DNA from: Streptosporangiaceae bacterium
GTDB lineage: Bacteria; Actinomycetota; Actinomycetes; Streptosporangiales; Streptosporangiaceae
DNA length: 51,770 nucleotides
Assembly (NCBI GenBank): GCA_036273575.1
Contig: DASUHI010000123.1
Span: 1 to 51,770 of the forward strand
Direction of reading: 5' to 3'
The position numbers and the translations under genes were made by a program. Positions 17,746 to 26,306 of the stretch are shown here, piece after piece (the first letter of the stretch is position 1; each line of letters starts with the position of its first letter). The notes under the pieces were generated by a model that had not been told where the DNA came from, made no database searches, and saw only the letters and a program-made list of their open reading frames with translations.

Positions 17746-18829
17746 GAATCAGCCGGCTGGCCATCCAGTCAGCCGTGAAGGGGCGGTGCTGGTACACCAC
17801 GTTCGCGCAGCCGTGGTTGCCGTCCTCCAGCAGCAGCAGCTCGGCGTGCGGGCCGACCTCCGCGGCGAGCCGGTCCGCATCCTGCCACGGGAAGATCCGG
17901 TCGCGCTTCCCCGCGACGATCAGGATCGGCGCGCGGATCTGGCCCGCCCGTCCCGCCATGGTCAGCTCGGCGGCCCGCTGCCTGGCCTGCTCAGCGGACC
18001 GCGACTTCGAGCGCACCGTGAAGGCGGCGCGGCTCAGGTCAGGCAGCCGCTCCCAGATGTCACCGAGGCAGTACACAGGGCAGAGCGAGATGGCCGCCCT
18101 GACCCGCTCGTCGCCGCTCGCGACGCGCGCCGAGTAGTAACCGCCGAGGCTCACGCCCCAGATTCCGATCCGCGCCGCGTCGATCCCGGGCAGCCTCGCC
18201 ACGGCGTCCACGATCGCCCGTCCAGGGACCTCCCAGTCCGGCCTGATCGCCAGGTCGTACTCGGCCTCGCCCTGGCCTGGCCCGTCGACCGACACCGTCG
18301 CCATCCCGCGGCTCAGGAACAGATCCTCTGTGGGCCTGAACTCCTCCTTGGCAGAGTCGAGGCCGGGGATCAGGATCACGGCCGGGTGCGGGCCAGCCCC
18401 CGGCGGGCGCCTGACCACCGCGGCGATCGCCGCACCGGCGAACGGTATCTCGACCCGCTCGCCTGGCGGGTCGAGAAAAGCGAGCGCGTCGCCCGCGCTC
18501 CTGACCGCCATCAGATGGGCGGCCCGCATCTGATCGAAGTCGTTCACGAACATGAACTTCGCGAAGTGGTAGTAGACCGCCGCCTGGGACAGGTGCGTGC
18601 CCGCCGAGCGGTGCCGCCCGGCCGCGAGCGCGTCCCTGCCGAGCTTCTCGTGCACCGCTCCGGCCACGCACCACTGCTCGCACCAGGCGCCCCAGCTCTG
18701 GATCGCGGCGGTGACGCGGACGAAGTCGTTGTAGTCGACGCCATTGGCGATAAAGCGCGGCGCCCAGTGGCTCACCGCGGCGGCCACGCGGCTATCGGTC
18801 ATGTACGTCAGCATTGCACACGTTTGCAT
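17714..18829 (-). CDS. Alpha/beta hydrolase (FrsA / 2,6-dihydropseudooxynicotine-hydrolase-like)
   Basis: The nucleophile elbow is GVSLGG, and the N-terminal helical cap resembles DHPON-hydrolase-type enzymes. The start is set to ATG 18829, which has a GGAGGG SD 9 nt upstream. Alternatives are 18814 and 18802. The listed 18928 start lies in the promoter region. Confidence 0.7.
   Translation of the reverse strand: MQTCAMLTYMTDSRVAAAVSHWAPRFIANGVDYNDFVRVTAAIQSWGAWCEQWCVAGAVHEKLGRDALAAGRHRSAGTHLSQAAVYYHFAKFMFVNDFDQMRAAHLMAVRSAGDALAFLDPPGERVEIPFAGAAIAAVVRRPPGAGPHPAVILIPGLDSAKEEFRPTEDLFLSRGMATVSVDGPGQGEAEYDLAIRPDWEVPGRAIVDAVARLPGIDAARIGIWGVSLGGYYSARVASGDERVRAAISLCPVYCLGDIWERLPDLSRAAFTVRSKSRSAEQARQRAAELTMAGRAGQIRAPILIVAGKRDRIFPWQDADRLAAEVGPHAELLLLEDGNHGCANVVYQHRPFTADWMASRLIPIPQAGPSSP
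18815..18828. promoter_or_regulatory. LacI-type operator O3, TGCACACGTTTGCA
   Basis: This 14-bp palindrome has one mismatch. It overlaps the first codons of the hydrolase gene. Confidence 0.5.
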
Positions 18830-18888
18830 CGACGTGACCCTCCGTGCCCTGTCATGAAGGCCGCGGAACTGACGCGGAAAATCAGCCG

Positions 18889-18918
18889 TTGACAAGAAGG
18901 CGACCGATACATCACGCT
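18889..18918 (+). promoter_or_regulatory. Candidate sigma-70-type promoter (TTGACA - 18 nt - CACGCT) for the plus-strand operon
   Basis: A perfect -35 hexamer is at 18889-18894. A weak -10 with conserved A2/T6 is at 18913-18918. Operator O1 begins about 6 nt downstream. Confidence 0.35.
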
Positions 18919-18923
18919 CGTGC

Positions 18924-18937
18924 AGCAAACGGTTGCG
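18924..18937. promoter_or_regulatory. LacI-type operator O1, AGCAAACGGTTGCG
   Basis: The core GCAAAC|GGTTGC is a near-palindrome around a central CG. It lies in the divergent intergenic region next to the LacI gene cluster. Confidence 0.5.
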
Positions 18938-18963
18938 ACTCCCCGTGGGTCAGCAAGCGTGGT

Positions 18964-18977
18964 TGCAAACGATTGCT
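18964..18977. promoter_or_regulatory. LacI-type operator O2, TGCAAACGATTGCT
   Basis: The core GCAAAC|GATTGC is a near-palindrome. Its centre is 40 bp from the centre of O1, and it lies 23 nt upstream of the dehydrogenase ATG. Confidence 0.5.
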
Positions 18978-18999
18978 GTCTTTGACCGAGGGTGGCGAC

Positions 19000-19947
19000 A
19001 TGGGCGGTCCGGATGACGGGCAGAGGCTGGGCTGGCTGGGCACCGGGCGGATGGGCGTCGCGCTCGTGCACCGGTTGCTGCGCGCCGGGCGCGACGTCAC
19101 GGTCTACAACCGGACCAGGGCCAAGGCCGAGCCCCTCGCAGACGCGGGGGCGAGGATCGCGGACCACGCGGCAGAGCTCGGATCCGCGGACATCGTGTTC
19201 GTGATGGTCGGCACGTCCCAAGACCTGATCGACGCGGTGACCGGGCCGGCCGGGCTGATCTCCGGCGGCCGTGCTCCCTCGGTCGTCGTCGACTGCTCGA
19301 CGGTCTCGCCGGAGGCGTCCGAGCAGGTCAGGACCGTACTAGCGGGACACGGCTGCGCGCTGCTCGCCGCTCCGGTGATGGGCAATCCCAAGGTTGCCGA
19401 GGTCGGCAAGCTGACCTTCGCCGTCTCCGGATCGCGCGCGGCCTTCGAGCTGGCACGCCCCTACCTTGACCTGCTCGGCGCTGGCGCCACCTACGTCGGC
19501 GACGGTGAGCTGGCCAGGATCGTCAAGCTCTGCCACAACCTGTTTCTCGGCGTTGTCACGCAGTCGCTCGCCGAGGTCACCGTGCTCGCCGAGAAGAGCG
19601 GCATCACCAGGCAGGCGCTCCTCGCCTGCATCAACGACAGCGTCATGGGCTCGACGTTCAGCAGGTACAAGACGCCGGCCTTCGTGAACCTCGACTTCCA
19701 CCCGACCTTCACCGCGTCGCTGCTGCGCAAGGACTTCGACCTTGGGCTGGCGGCGGCGAGGGAGCGCGAGGTGCCGATGCCGGTCGCGTCGGCAGTGCAT
19801 CAGCTCGTGCAAGCCCTGGTCGGCAACGGATTCGGCGAGGACGACTTCGCCTCCTTGGTGGTGCTCCAGGCCAGGTCCGCCGGCCTGGAGCTGATCAGCG
19901 AGGACGCGGAGGTATCTGACGGGCTCGAACCCGCCAGCAGCGATTGA
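19000..19947 (+). CDS. NAD(P)-dependent oxidoreductase, 3-hydroxyisobutyrate/6-phosphogluconate dehydrogenase-like
   Basis: The start is trimmed to ATG 19000. The Rossmann motif is LGWLGTGRMGVALVHRLL, followed by a C-terminal all-helical domain as in the HIBADH family. Confidence 0.8.
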   Translation: MGGPDDGQRLGWLGTGRMGVALVHRLLRAGRDVTVYNRTRAKAEPLADAGARIADHAAELGSADIVFVMVGTSQDLIDAVTGPAGLISGGRAPSVVVDCSTVSPEASEQVRTVLAGHGCALLAAPVMGNPKVAEVGKLTFAVSGSRAAFELARPYLDLLGAGATYVGDGELARIVKLCHNLFLGVVTQSLAEVTVLAEKSGITRQALLACINDSVMGSTFSRYKTPAFVNLDFHPTFTASLLRKDFDLGLAAAREREVPMPVASAVHQLVQALVGNGFGEDDFASLVVLQARSAGLELISEDAEVSDGLEPASSD

Positions 19948-19985
19948 TCGGGTTACTACCCCTCAACTCGGAAGGAGGACCGGGG

Positions 19986-21248
19986 ATGAGCTCTTACCGC
20001 GCCCGGTTCTTGACCCTCGGTATGTCAGCGGCCATCGTCTCGGCCATGCTCGCGGCCTGCTCAAGCGGCGGCGGAGGCGGGACAAGCCCGCCGCCCTCGT
20101 CCAGCAAGCCCATCCTCATCGGCGCCTCGCTGTCGCTGACCGGCGACTTCTCCGCGGACGGCAAGGCCTTCCTGCGGGGCTACAAGCTCTGGGTTCATGA
20201 CGTCAACGCGTCCGGCGGCCTGCTCGGGCGCAAGGTCAAGCTCATCTACCTGAACGACCGCAGCGACACCGGCCAGGTGGTCACCAACTACACGACGTTG
20301 ATCTCTACCGACCATGTGGACCTGACGTTCGGGCCGTTTTCCTCGCTGCTGACGACACCTGCCTCAGCGGTCGCGGCGCGGAACGGCAAGGCGTTCATCG
20401 AGGGCGCGGGCGGCGCGCCGAGCGTGTTCACGGCGCCGGCCAACCAGCAGGCGCACAACGTGTTCGACGTCAGCCTGCCGATCGCCGACGAGATGGTGCC
20501 GTTCGCGAAATGGATCGCGTCGCTGCCGGCCAGCCAGCGCCCGAAGACGGCCGCCTACCCGATGGCCAACGACCCGTTCGCCGACCCCCCGGTCCAGTTG
20601 ACCCAGTCGATGCTGAGCAAGGCCGGCATCAAGACGGTGTACTCGCACATCTTCCCTGCCGAGGTGCCCGACTACGCGCCGGCCGCTGACAACGTGGCCG
20701 CCACGCACGCCGACGTCGTCGTGCTCGGCTCGACCGACGTGCCGACCGTCAACGCGTTCGTCAAGGCGTTCCAGCAGCAGCACTACACCCCGAAGATCTT
20801 CATCGCCGCGGCGGGCCCTGACCAGGGCGCGTCCTTTACCTCCGCGGTGGGGGTCGGGAATGCCAGCGGGATCATGGTGCCCAATGCCTGGTATGGCGGT
20901 TCGCCGAACCCGGAGAGCCAGAAGATGGTGTCCGAGTACATCAAGATCTACCACGGCACGCCGTCCGACATAAACGCCGACGTCGCCGAGGCCTACTCGG
21001 TCGGCCAGGTGGCCCAGCAGGCCGTCGAGCACCTCAAGAGCCTCGACAACGCCAAGATCATTTCTTACCTGCACAGCGGGGTCACGCTGCAAACCGTGCA
21101 GGGACCCGTGAAGTTCGACTCGCTCGGCCGCAACGGGGCGGCGACGACCTTCATCTTCCAGTGGCAGAACGGCAAGTTCGTCCAGGTCCTCCCGCTCGGG
21201 TCGGCTGGCTCTGTGCCGATCCTGAACCCGAAGCCGGCCTGGAAGTAA
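19986..21248 (+). CDS. ABC substrate-binding lipoprotein, LivJ/HAAT (type-1 PBP) family
   Basis: ATG 19986 follows the SD GGAAGGAGG. The lipobox is MLAAC with a Gly/Ser/Pro linker. The sequence ILIGASLSLTGDFSADGKA is typical of Leu/Ile/Val-binding-protein-family receptors. Confidence 0.8.
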   Translation: MSSYRARFLTLGMSAAIVSAMLAACSSGGGGGTSPPPSSSKPILIGASLSLTGDFSADGKAFLRGYKLWVHDVNASGGLLGRKVKLIYLNDRSDTGQVVTNYTTLISTDHVDLTFGPFSSLLTTPASAVAARNGKAFIEGAGGAPSVFTAPANQQAHNVFDVSLPIADEMVPFAKWIASLPASQRPKTAAYPMANDPFADPPVQLTQSMLSKAGIKTVYSHIFPAEVPDYAPAADNVAATHADVVVLGSTDVPTVNAFVKAFQQQHYTPKIFIAAAGPDQGASFTSAVGVGNASGIMVPNAWYGGSPNPESQKMVSEYIKIYHGTPSDINADVAEAYSVGQVAQQAVEHLKSLDNAKIISYLHSGVTLQTVQGPVKFDSLGRNGAATTFIFQWQNGKFVQVLPLGSAGSVPILNPKPAWK

Positions 21249-21299
21249 GGCCGGGACGAGGCATGCTTGTGCACGGAGCAGCGCACAGCGGAGAAGGCG

Positions 21300-22181
21300 A
21301 TGGGCACTGAACTTGCCCGCGCCGTGATCGACGGCATCCTGGGCGGCGGCATCTACGCGCTGATGGCCGTCGGGCTGACGTTGATCTTCGGCGTGCTGGA
21401 CATCATCAACATCGCCCAGGGCGTGATGGTGGTGCTCGGCGCCTACCTCAGCTATGCGCTCTCCGTGCACCTGCACCTGGATCTGTTCCTCGGGCTGCTG
21501 ATCACCGTTCCCGCGATGTTCGTGATCGGCGTGATCATCCAGGTCGCCTTCATCAGGCCTCTGCACGGCAGCGAGCGGACGTCGATGTCGCTGCTGGCCA
21601 GCTACGCGGTGGCGATCGTCATCGAGGGCGTGTTGTACCTGTTCTTCGGGCCGAACTTCGTGACGCTCACCGCCTCGTACGCGACGAACAGCTTCGCCCT
21701 CCTCGGTTTCCGCTTGCCCCTCATCGACCTGTACGGATTCGCCATGGCGGTGGTGCTGGTCGCGGCGCTGTACCTGCTGCTGTACAGGTCCAGGTTCGGC
21801 CGCAGCGTCCGCGCCACGATGCAGGACAGGACCGCCGCCATGCTGATCGGCGTCGACGTGAACAGGGTCGCGGCGCTGACCTACGGCATCGGCGTCGCGG
21901 TCACCGCGGTCGGCGGGATGATCTTCGGCGCCAGCGGCGGCGGCTTCAACCCGAACAGCGGGTACGACCTGATCTCGCGGCTGCTCGCGATCATCATCCT
22001 GGCCGGGCTGGGCAGCATCGGCGGGGCGCTGGTCGCCTCCGTGTTCATGCTCACGCTCGAGTCGATCGTGGACATCTGGCAGCCGAACTGGTCGGTGGCG
22101 GTGTTCTACGCCGCGCTCGTGATCGTGCTCCTGGTGCGGCCCAGCGGCCTGTTCGGCCGCCAGGCGGCGAGGGCCCAATGA
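21300..22181 (+). CDS. Branched-chain-amino-acid-type ABC permease (LivH-like)
   Basis: ATG 21300 follows GAGAAGG. The protein is polytopic and the GGIYALMAVGLTLIFGVLDIINIAQG signature is present. Confidence 0.85.
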   Translation: MGTELARAVIDGILGGGIYALMAVGLTLIFGVLDIINIAQGVMVVLGAYLSYALSVHLHLDLFLGLLITVPAMFVIGVIIQVAFIRPLHGSERTSMSLLASYAVAIVIEGVLYLFFGPNFVTLTASYATNSFALLGFRLPLIDLYGFAMAVVLVAALYLLLYRSRFGRSVRATMQDRTAAMLIGVDVNRVAALTYGIGVAVTAVGGMIFGASGGGFNPNSGYDLISRLLAIIILAGLGSIGGALVASVFMLTLESIVDIWQPNWSVAVFYAALVIVLLVRPSGLFGRQAARAQ

Positions 22182-22191
22182 AGGCGGCACA

Positions 22192-23229
22192 ATGAAGGCC
22201 GTACCCGCAGGCAAAGCGGGACGCGGTGGCTTCGGCGTCGTCGTCCTGGCCGTGGCCGTGATCTTTCCGCTCGCCTTCACGAACCAGTCAGTGAACTCGG
22301 TCGCGTTCCAGACGCTGATCTTCGTCTGCGCCGCGTCTGCATGGAATCTGTTCTCGGGCTTCTCTGGCTACATCGCGCTCGGTCACGCCGTCTTCTTCGG
22401 CAGCGGCGCCTACGCGGCTGGACTCGCCGCGGAGCACTGGCACATCACCGGCGGGGCGGAGTTCGCGCTGCTGCCGTTCGGCGCGGCCGCCGCCGCCGTG
22501 ATCGCCGTCCCGTTCGGCCTGATCGCGCTCCGGGTCAGGCGGCACACCTTCGTCGTCATCACGATCGCGATCTTCTTCATCTTCCAGCTGTCCGCCGCTG
22601 ACCTGAACAGCATCACGAACGGCACGAGCGGGCTGAACGCGCCGTTCCTGCTCTGGGACCCGGTCACGTTCGACCAGCGCTTCTACTACATCGCGCTGGC
22701 CCTCGCGTTGCTCACGATCGCACTGGCCTGGTTGATCAAGGGGTCGCGGTTCGGCCTGCAACTCCGCGCGATCAGGGACGACGAGGACCGGGCTGCCAGC
22801 CTCGGCGTGCGCGCGATGCCCGTCAAGCTCACCGCCTTCGCGATCTCGGGCGCGCTCACCGGTGCCGCGGGGGTGCTGTGGTTCTTCTTCATCGACCAAG
22901 TGCAGCCCGCGACCGGGTACGACCCGCTGTTCGACCTCACCATCGCCCTGATGGCGTTCCTCGGCGGGCTAGGGACGATCAGTGGCCCCGTGCTCGGCGC
23001 GCTGATCATCGAGCCCGCGCAGCAGTACCTCACGATCACGGTCAGCAACAGCTACCTCAGCCAGATCCTGCTGGGCGCGCTATTCCTCGCGGTCGTGCTC
23101 TTCGTGCCGCGCGGGCTCATCCCAACCGTGGCTGACAAGGGCAAGGACTGGCTGGAGCGGCGCCGGTCGCTGCGGCAGGGAGGTGACGTCGGCGTCGACG
23201 TGCCGGCATCCGCCAGGGAGCCAGCATGA
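22192..23229 (+). CDS. Branched-chain-amino-acid-type ABC permease (LivM-like)
   Basis: The protein is polytopic, with GYIALGHAVFFGSGAY and LRAIRDDEDRAASLG motifs. Confidence 0.85.
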   Translation: MKAVPAGKAGRGGFGVVVLAVAVIFPLAFTNQSVNSVAFQTLIFVCAASAWNLFSGFSGYIALGHAVFFGSGAYAAGLAAEHWHITGGAEFALLPFGAAAAAVIAVPFGLIALRVRRHTFVVITIAIFFIFQLSAADLNSITNGTSGLNAPFLLWDPVTFDQRFYYIALALALLTIALAWLIKGSRFGLQLRAIRDDEDRAASLGVRAMPVKLTAFAISGALTGAAGVLWFFFIDQVQPATGYDPLFDLTIALMAFLGGLGTISGPVLGALIIEPAQQYLTITVSNSYLSQILLGALFLAVVLFVPRGLIPTVADKGKDWLERRRSLRQGGDVGVDVPASAREPA

Positions 23230-24002
23230 CCGCCCTGCTGCAGACCGAGGGCATCTGCAAGGCTTTCGGCGGCGTCCAGGCGCTGGAGGACTGCACCATC
23301 GAGGTGTCCGCCGGATCGATTACCGGGCTGATCGGGCCCAACGGGTCGGGCAAGACAACGCTGTTCAACGTGATCACCGGGTACGACCGGCCCGACGCCG
23401 GCGAGGTCTGGTACGCGGGCGCGAAGATCACGGGCTCATCTCCGCAGCGCGTGTTCGCCTCGGGCATCGGCAGGACGTTCCAGCTGACGAGGATCTTCCC
23501 CCGTCTGACGGTGCTGGAGAACATGATCGTTGCCGCCCAGCACACCGACACCGGTGCGCGGCGGGTACGGAATCCGTTCGCGAGGGCAGGCGGTCCGGCC
23601 GACCGCCAGCGGGCGATGGAGCTCCTCGAGTTCACCGGCATCGCCGGGCACGCGGGCAAGCTCGCCGGAACGCTGTCCTACGGCCAGCGCAAGCTGCTCG
23701 AGCTGTCCTACGTTCTCGTGGCCGACCCGGCGATCGTGCTACTCGACGAGCCGGCCGGCGGGGTGAACCCCACGCTGGTCGGCCAGCTGGCGCAGCGGAT
23801 CAGTGACCTGAACGCAGCCGGCAAGACGTTCCTGATCGTCGAGCACAACATGGAATTCGTGATGGGCCTGTGTCATCACGTCGCCGTGCTCGACTACGGA
23901 ACGGTTGTGGCGGCCGGGCCGCCCGCCGTGATCAGAAACGACCCGCGCGTGCTCGATGCCTACCTCGGCCTGGCGGAGGACGACGATGAGCCAGCCGGAT
24001 AG
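23226..24002 (+). CDS. ABC ATP-binding protein (LivG-like)
   Basis: The start overlaps the LivM stop (ATGA). Motifs present: Walker A GPNGSGKTT, signature LSYGQRKLLEL, Walker B LLDEPAGG. Confidence 0.9.
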   Translation: MTALLQTEGICKAFGGVQALEDCTIEVSAGSITGLIGPNGSGKTTLFNVITGYDRPDAGEVWYAGAKITGSSPQRVFASGIGRTFQLTRIFPRLTVLENMIVAAQHTDTGARRVRNPFARAGGPADRQRAMELLEFTGIAGHAGKLAGTLSYGQRKLLELSYVLVADPAIVLLDEPAGGVNPTLVGQLAQRISDLNAAGKTFLIVEHNMEFVMGLCHHVAVLDYGTVVAAGPPAVIRNDPRVLDAYLGLAEDDDEPAG

Positions 24003-24747
24003 GGCAGCCCTGGTCATCGACGGGCTCACCGCGGGATACGGCGGCGGCGACGTGCTCCACGACGTCAGCCTCACCGTGCCGGAGGGCGGCATCACGTGCG
24101 TCGTCGGGCCGAACGGCTGCGGCAAGTCCACGCTGCTCGCCACCATCAGCGGGCTGCTGCGGCCGCGGCGCGGTGCCATCGCCTTCCGCGGTCGGCAGCT
24201 CGTCGGCCGGACGCCGCGTCAGGTTCTGGGCGCGGGGATCGTGCACGTACCGCAGAACCACAGCCTGTTCCGCGAGATGACGGTCGCGGAGAACATCGAG
24301 CTCGGCGGGTACCTGCTGGCCGACCGGCGGCGAATCGCGAGCAGGCGGGCCGCGGTCGAGGACATGTTCCCCGCGGTGGCGGGCTGGGCGAGCCAGAAGG
24401 CCGGCAGCCTGTCGGGCGGCCAGCAGCGGCTGGTGGAGTTCGCCAGGTGCCTGATGCTTGACCCGGCGCTGGTCATACTCGACGAGCCGTCCGTGGGCCT
24501 GGCGCCGAAGGTGCTCAAGACGGTCTTCGACGCCGTCAGGATGATGAACTCAAACGGCAAGACCATCTTGCTTGTTGAACAGAACGCGCGCGCTGGCCTG
24601 GCACTGTCGAGCCACGGCGTCGTGATGGAGAACGGCCGCATCCGGCTCTCCGGCACCGGCAGGGAGGTGCTCGAGCACCCCGAAATCGGCGCGTTGTACC
24701 TGGGCGGTAGCGTGCGTCCCGACGCCGAGCCTGAAGCGCCGCGATGA
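23986..24747 (+). CDS. ABC ATP-binding protein (LivF-like)
   Basis: ATG 23986 overlaps the LivG end. Motifs present: Walker A GPNGCGKST, signature LSGGQQRLVEF, Walker B ILDEPSVGL. Confidence 0.9.
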   Translation: MSQPDRAALVIDGLTAGYGGGDVLHDVSLTVPEGGITCVVGPNGCGKSTLLATISGLLRPRRGAIAFRGRQLVGRTPRQVLGAGIVHVPQNHSLFREMTVAENIELGGYLLADRRRIASRRAAVEDMFPAVAGWASQKAGSLSGGQQRLVEFARCLMLDPALVILDEPSVGLAPKVLKTVFDAVRMMNSNGKTILLVEQNARAGLALSSHGVVMENGRIRLSGTGREVLEHPEIGALYLGGSVRPDAEPEAPR

Positions 24748-26306
24748 CGAAGGCTTTCGACGTGGTCGTCGCGGGGGCTGGTCACAACAGCCTTGTCGCG
24801 GCCGCCTACCTAGCCAGGGCCGGGCTGTCCTGCCTGGTGCTCGAGGCCCGTCACGACATCGGCGGGGACACGAGCTCGGAGGAGCTGACCCTGCCGGGCT
24901 TCGTGCACGACTCGTGCTCGACCGCGCACAACCTGATCCAGGCGAGCCCGGTTCTCGACGAGCTCGGCCTGGCCGGGCACGGCCTTGAGTACCTGCATCC
25001 CGATCCTGTCGCGCACCTGCCGTTCCCCGACGGATCGTGGCTGACGATGTGGCGGGACGAGGAGCGGACCTGCGCAGAGTTCGCGAAGTTCGCCGCCGCG
25101 GACGGGGCGGCCTACCGCGCGATGATGGCGGACTACCGCGAGATCGCGCCGGACCTCAGGCGCGCCAGGTACACCCCGCTGGGTTTCGGCGAGACGGCCC
25201 GCGGCGCGCTCGCCCGCCAGCCGGCTGGTTCACGCTGGCTCCGCCGCGACGCCATGTCGGCGTGGGAGGTCATCGCCGCCGCCTTCGCCGACGAGCACAC
25301 CAGGGCGTTCATGCTGTGGATGTCCTTCATGACCATGCAGCCGCCGGAGCGGCCAGGAACCGGACTGCTTGCCTACTCGCTGGCCTTCGGCAGGCAGCGG
25401 CACAGCTGGACGCTGCCGCGCGGCGGATCGGCAGCCCTGCCGAGGGCACTGGCCAGCGTGATCGAGGGTCATGGCGGCGCGATCGTGACGGGCGCGCGAG
25501 TCACCAGCCTGGTGATGCAGCGCGGCAGGTGCGCGGGCGTCGAGACCGAGCAGGGTGAGAAGTACCTGGCGGGCAGCGCGGTGCTGTCCACGATCCATGT
25601 CAAGCACCTGGTCGAGATGGCGCCAGCGCCGGCGTGGGGCGAGGACTTCAGGTACGGCGTAGACACCTGGCAGCCCGGCGTTTCGATGTTCGTCACCCAC
25701 TACGCGACGACCGAGCCGCCCCGGTTCGCCGTCGGCGACGGTCACCTCGCCGCCGTCGCGTCGGGCACGCCCCAGTCAGCGGAGCGGATGCTACGGCTCG
25801 GCACAGACTTCCGGGCAGGACGTATCGCGGTCGACGACCCCGTCCTGCTCGTGCTGTGCCCGACGGTCGCCGACCCGTCGCGGGCGCCGGAGGGCAGGCA
25901 CACGCTCAAGGTCGTCGGCTTCCAGCCCTACGAGCTACCGGCCGGGCCGTGGCGCTGGGATGAACTCAAGGACGGCGTCTCCCGAGCGAATCTGGCCGAA
26001 CTGCGCAGGTACGCGCCCAATGTGACCGACGACGTCATCCTCGCGTCCTCCGTGAAGAGCCCGCTCGACCTGGAGCGCATGAACGCGCACAACTGGCATG
26101 GCTCCTGCCACGGCGGCGACGCAGGCCCGGCGCAGTCCGGCGAGCTGCGTCCGGTGCCCGGCTGGGCGAGCCACCGGATGCCGATTCCCGGGCTCTACCA
26201 GACCGGCGCCACCACCCATCCTGGCGGCTCGGTGAGCGGCGCTCCCGGACGGAACGCGGCCACGGTCATACTGGCGGATCTAGGCAGATCGATGACTGGC
26301 GGGTGA
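24744..26306 (+). CDS. FAD/NAD(P)-dependent oxidoreductase, phytoene-desaturase (CrtI/COG1233)-like
   Basis: The start overlaps the LivF stop (ATGA). The dinucleotide-binding motif is DVVVAGAGHNSLVAAAYLARAGLSCLVLEARHDIGG, and the C-terminal GATTHPGGSVSG motif is present. Confidence 0.75.
   Translation: MTKAFDVVVAGAGHNSLVAAAYLARAGLSCLVLEARHDIGGDTSSEELTLPGFVHDSCSTAHNLIQASPVLDELGLAGHGLEYLHPDPVAHLPFPDGSWLTMWRDEERTCAEFAKFAAADGAAYRAMMADYREIAPDLRRARYTPLGFGETARGALARQPAGSRWLRRDAMSAWEVIAAAFADEHTRAFMLWMSFMTMQPPERPGTGLLAYSLAFGRQRHSWTLPRGGSAALPRALASVIEGHGGAIVTGARVTSLVMQRGRCAGVETEQGEKYLAGSAVLSTIHVKHLVEMAPAPAWGEDFRYGVDTWQPGVSMFVTHYATTEPPRFAVGDGHLAAVASGTPQSAERMLRLGTDFRAGRIAVDDPVLLVLCPTVADPSRAPEGRHTLKVVGFQPYELPAGPWRWDELKDGVSRANLAELRRYAPNVTDDVILASSVKSPLDLERMNAHNWHGSCHGGDAGPAQSGELRPVPGWASHRMPIPGLYQTGATTHPGGSVSGAPGRNAATVILADLGRSMTGG

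Noticed and set aside
20364-22280. 638-aa minus-strand ORF over the LivJ/LivH-like genes
   Set aside because: Same reasoning: it is antisense to well-supported transporter genes, has a highly biased R/D/H/G composition, and carries no recognisable motif.
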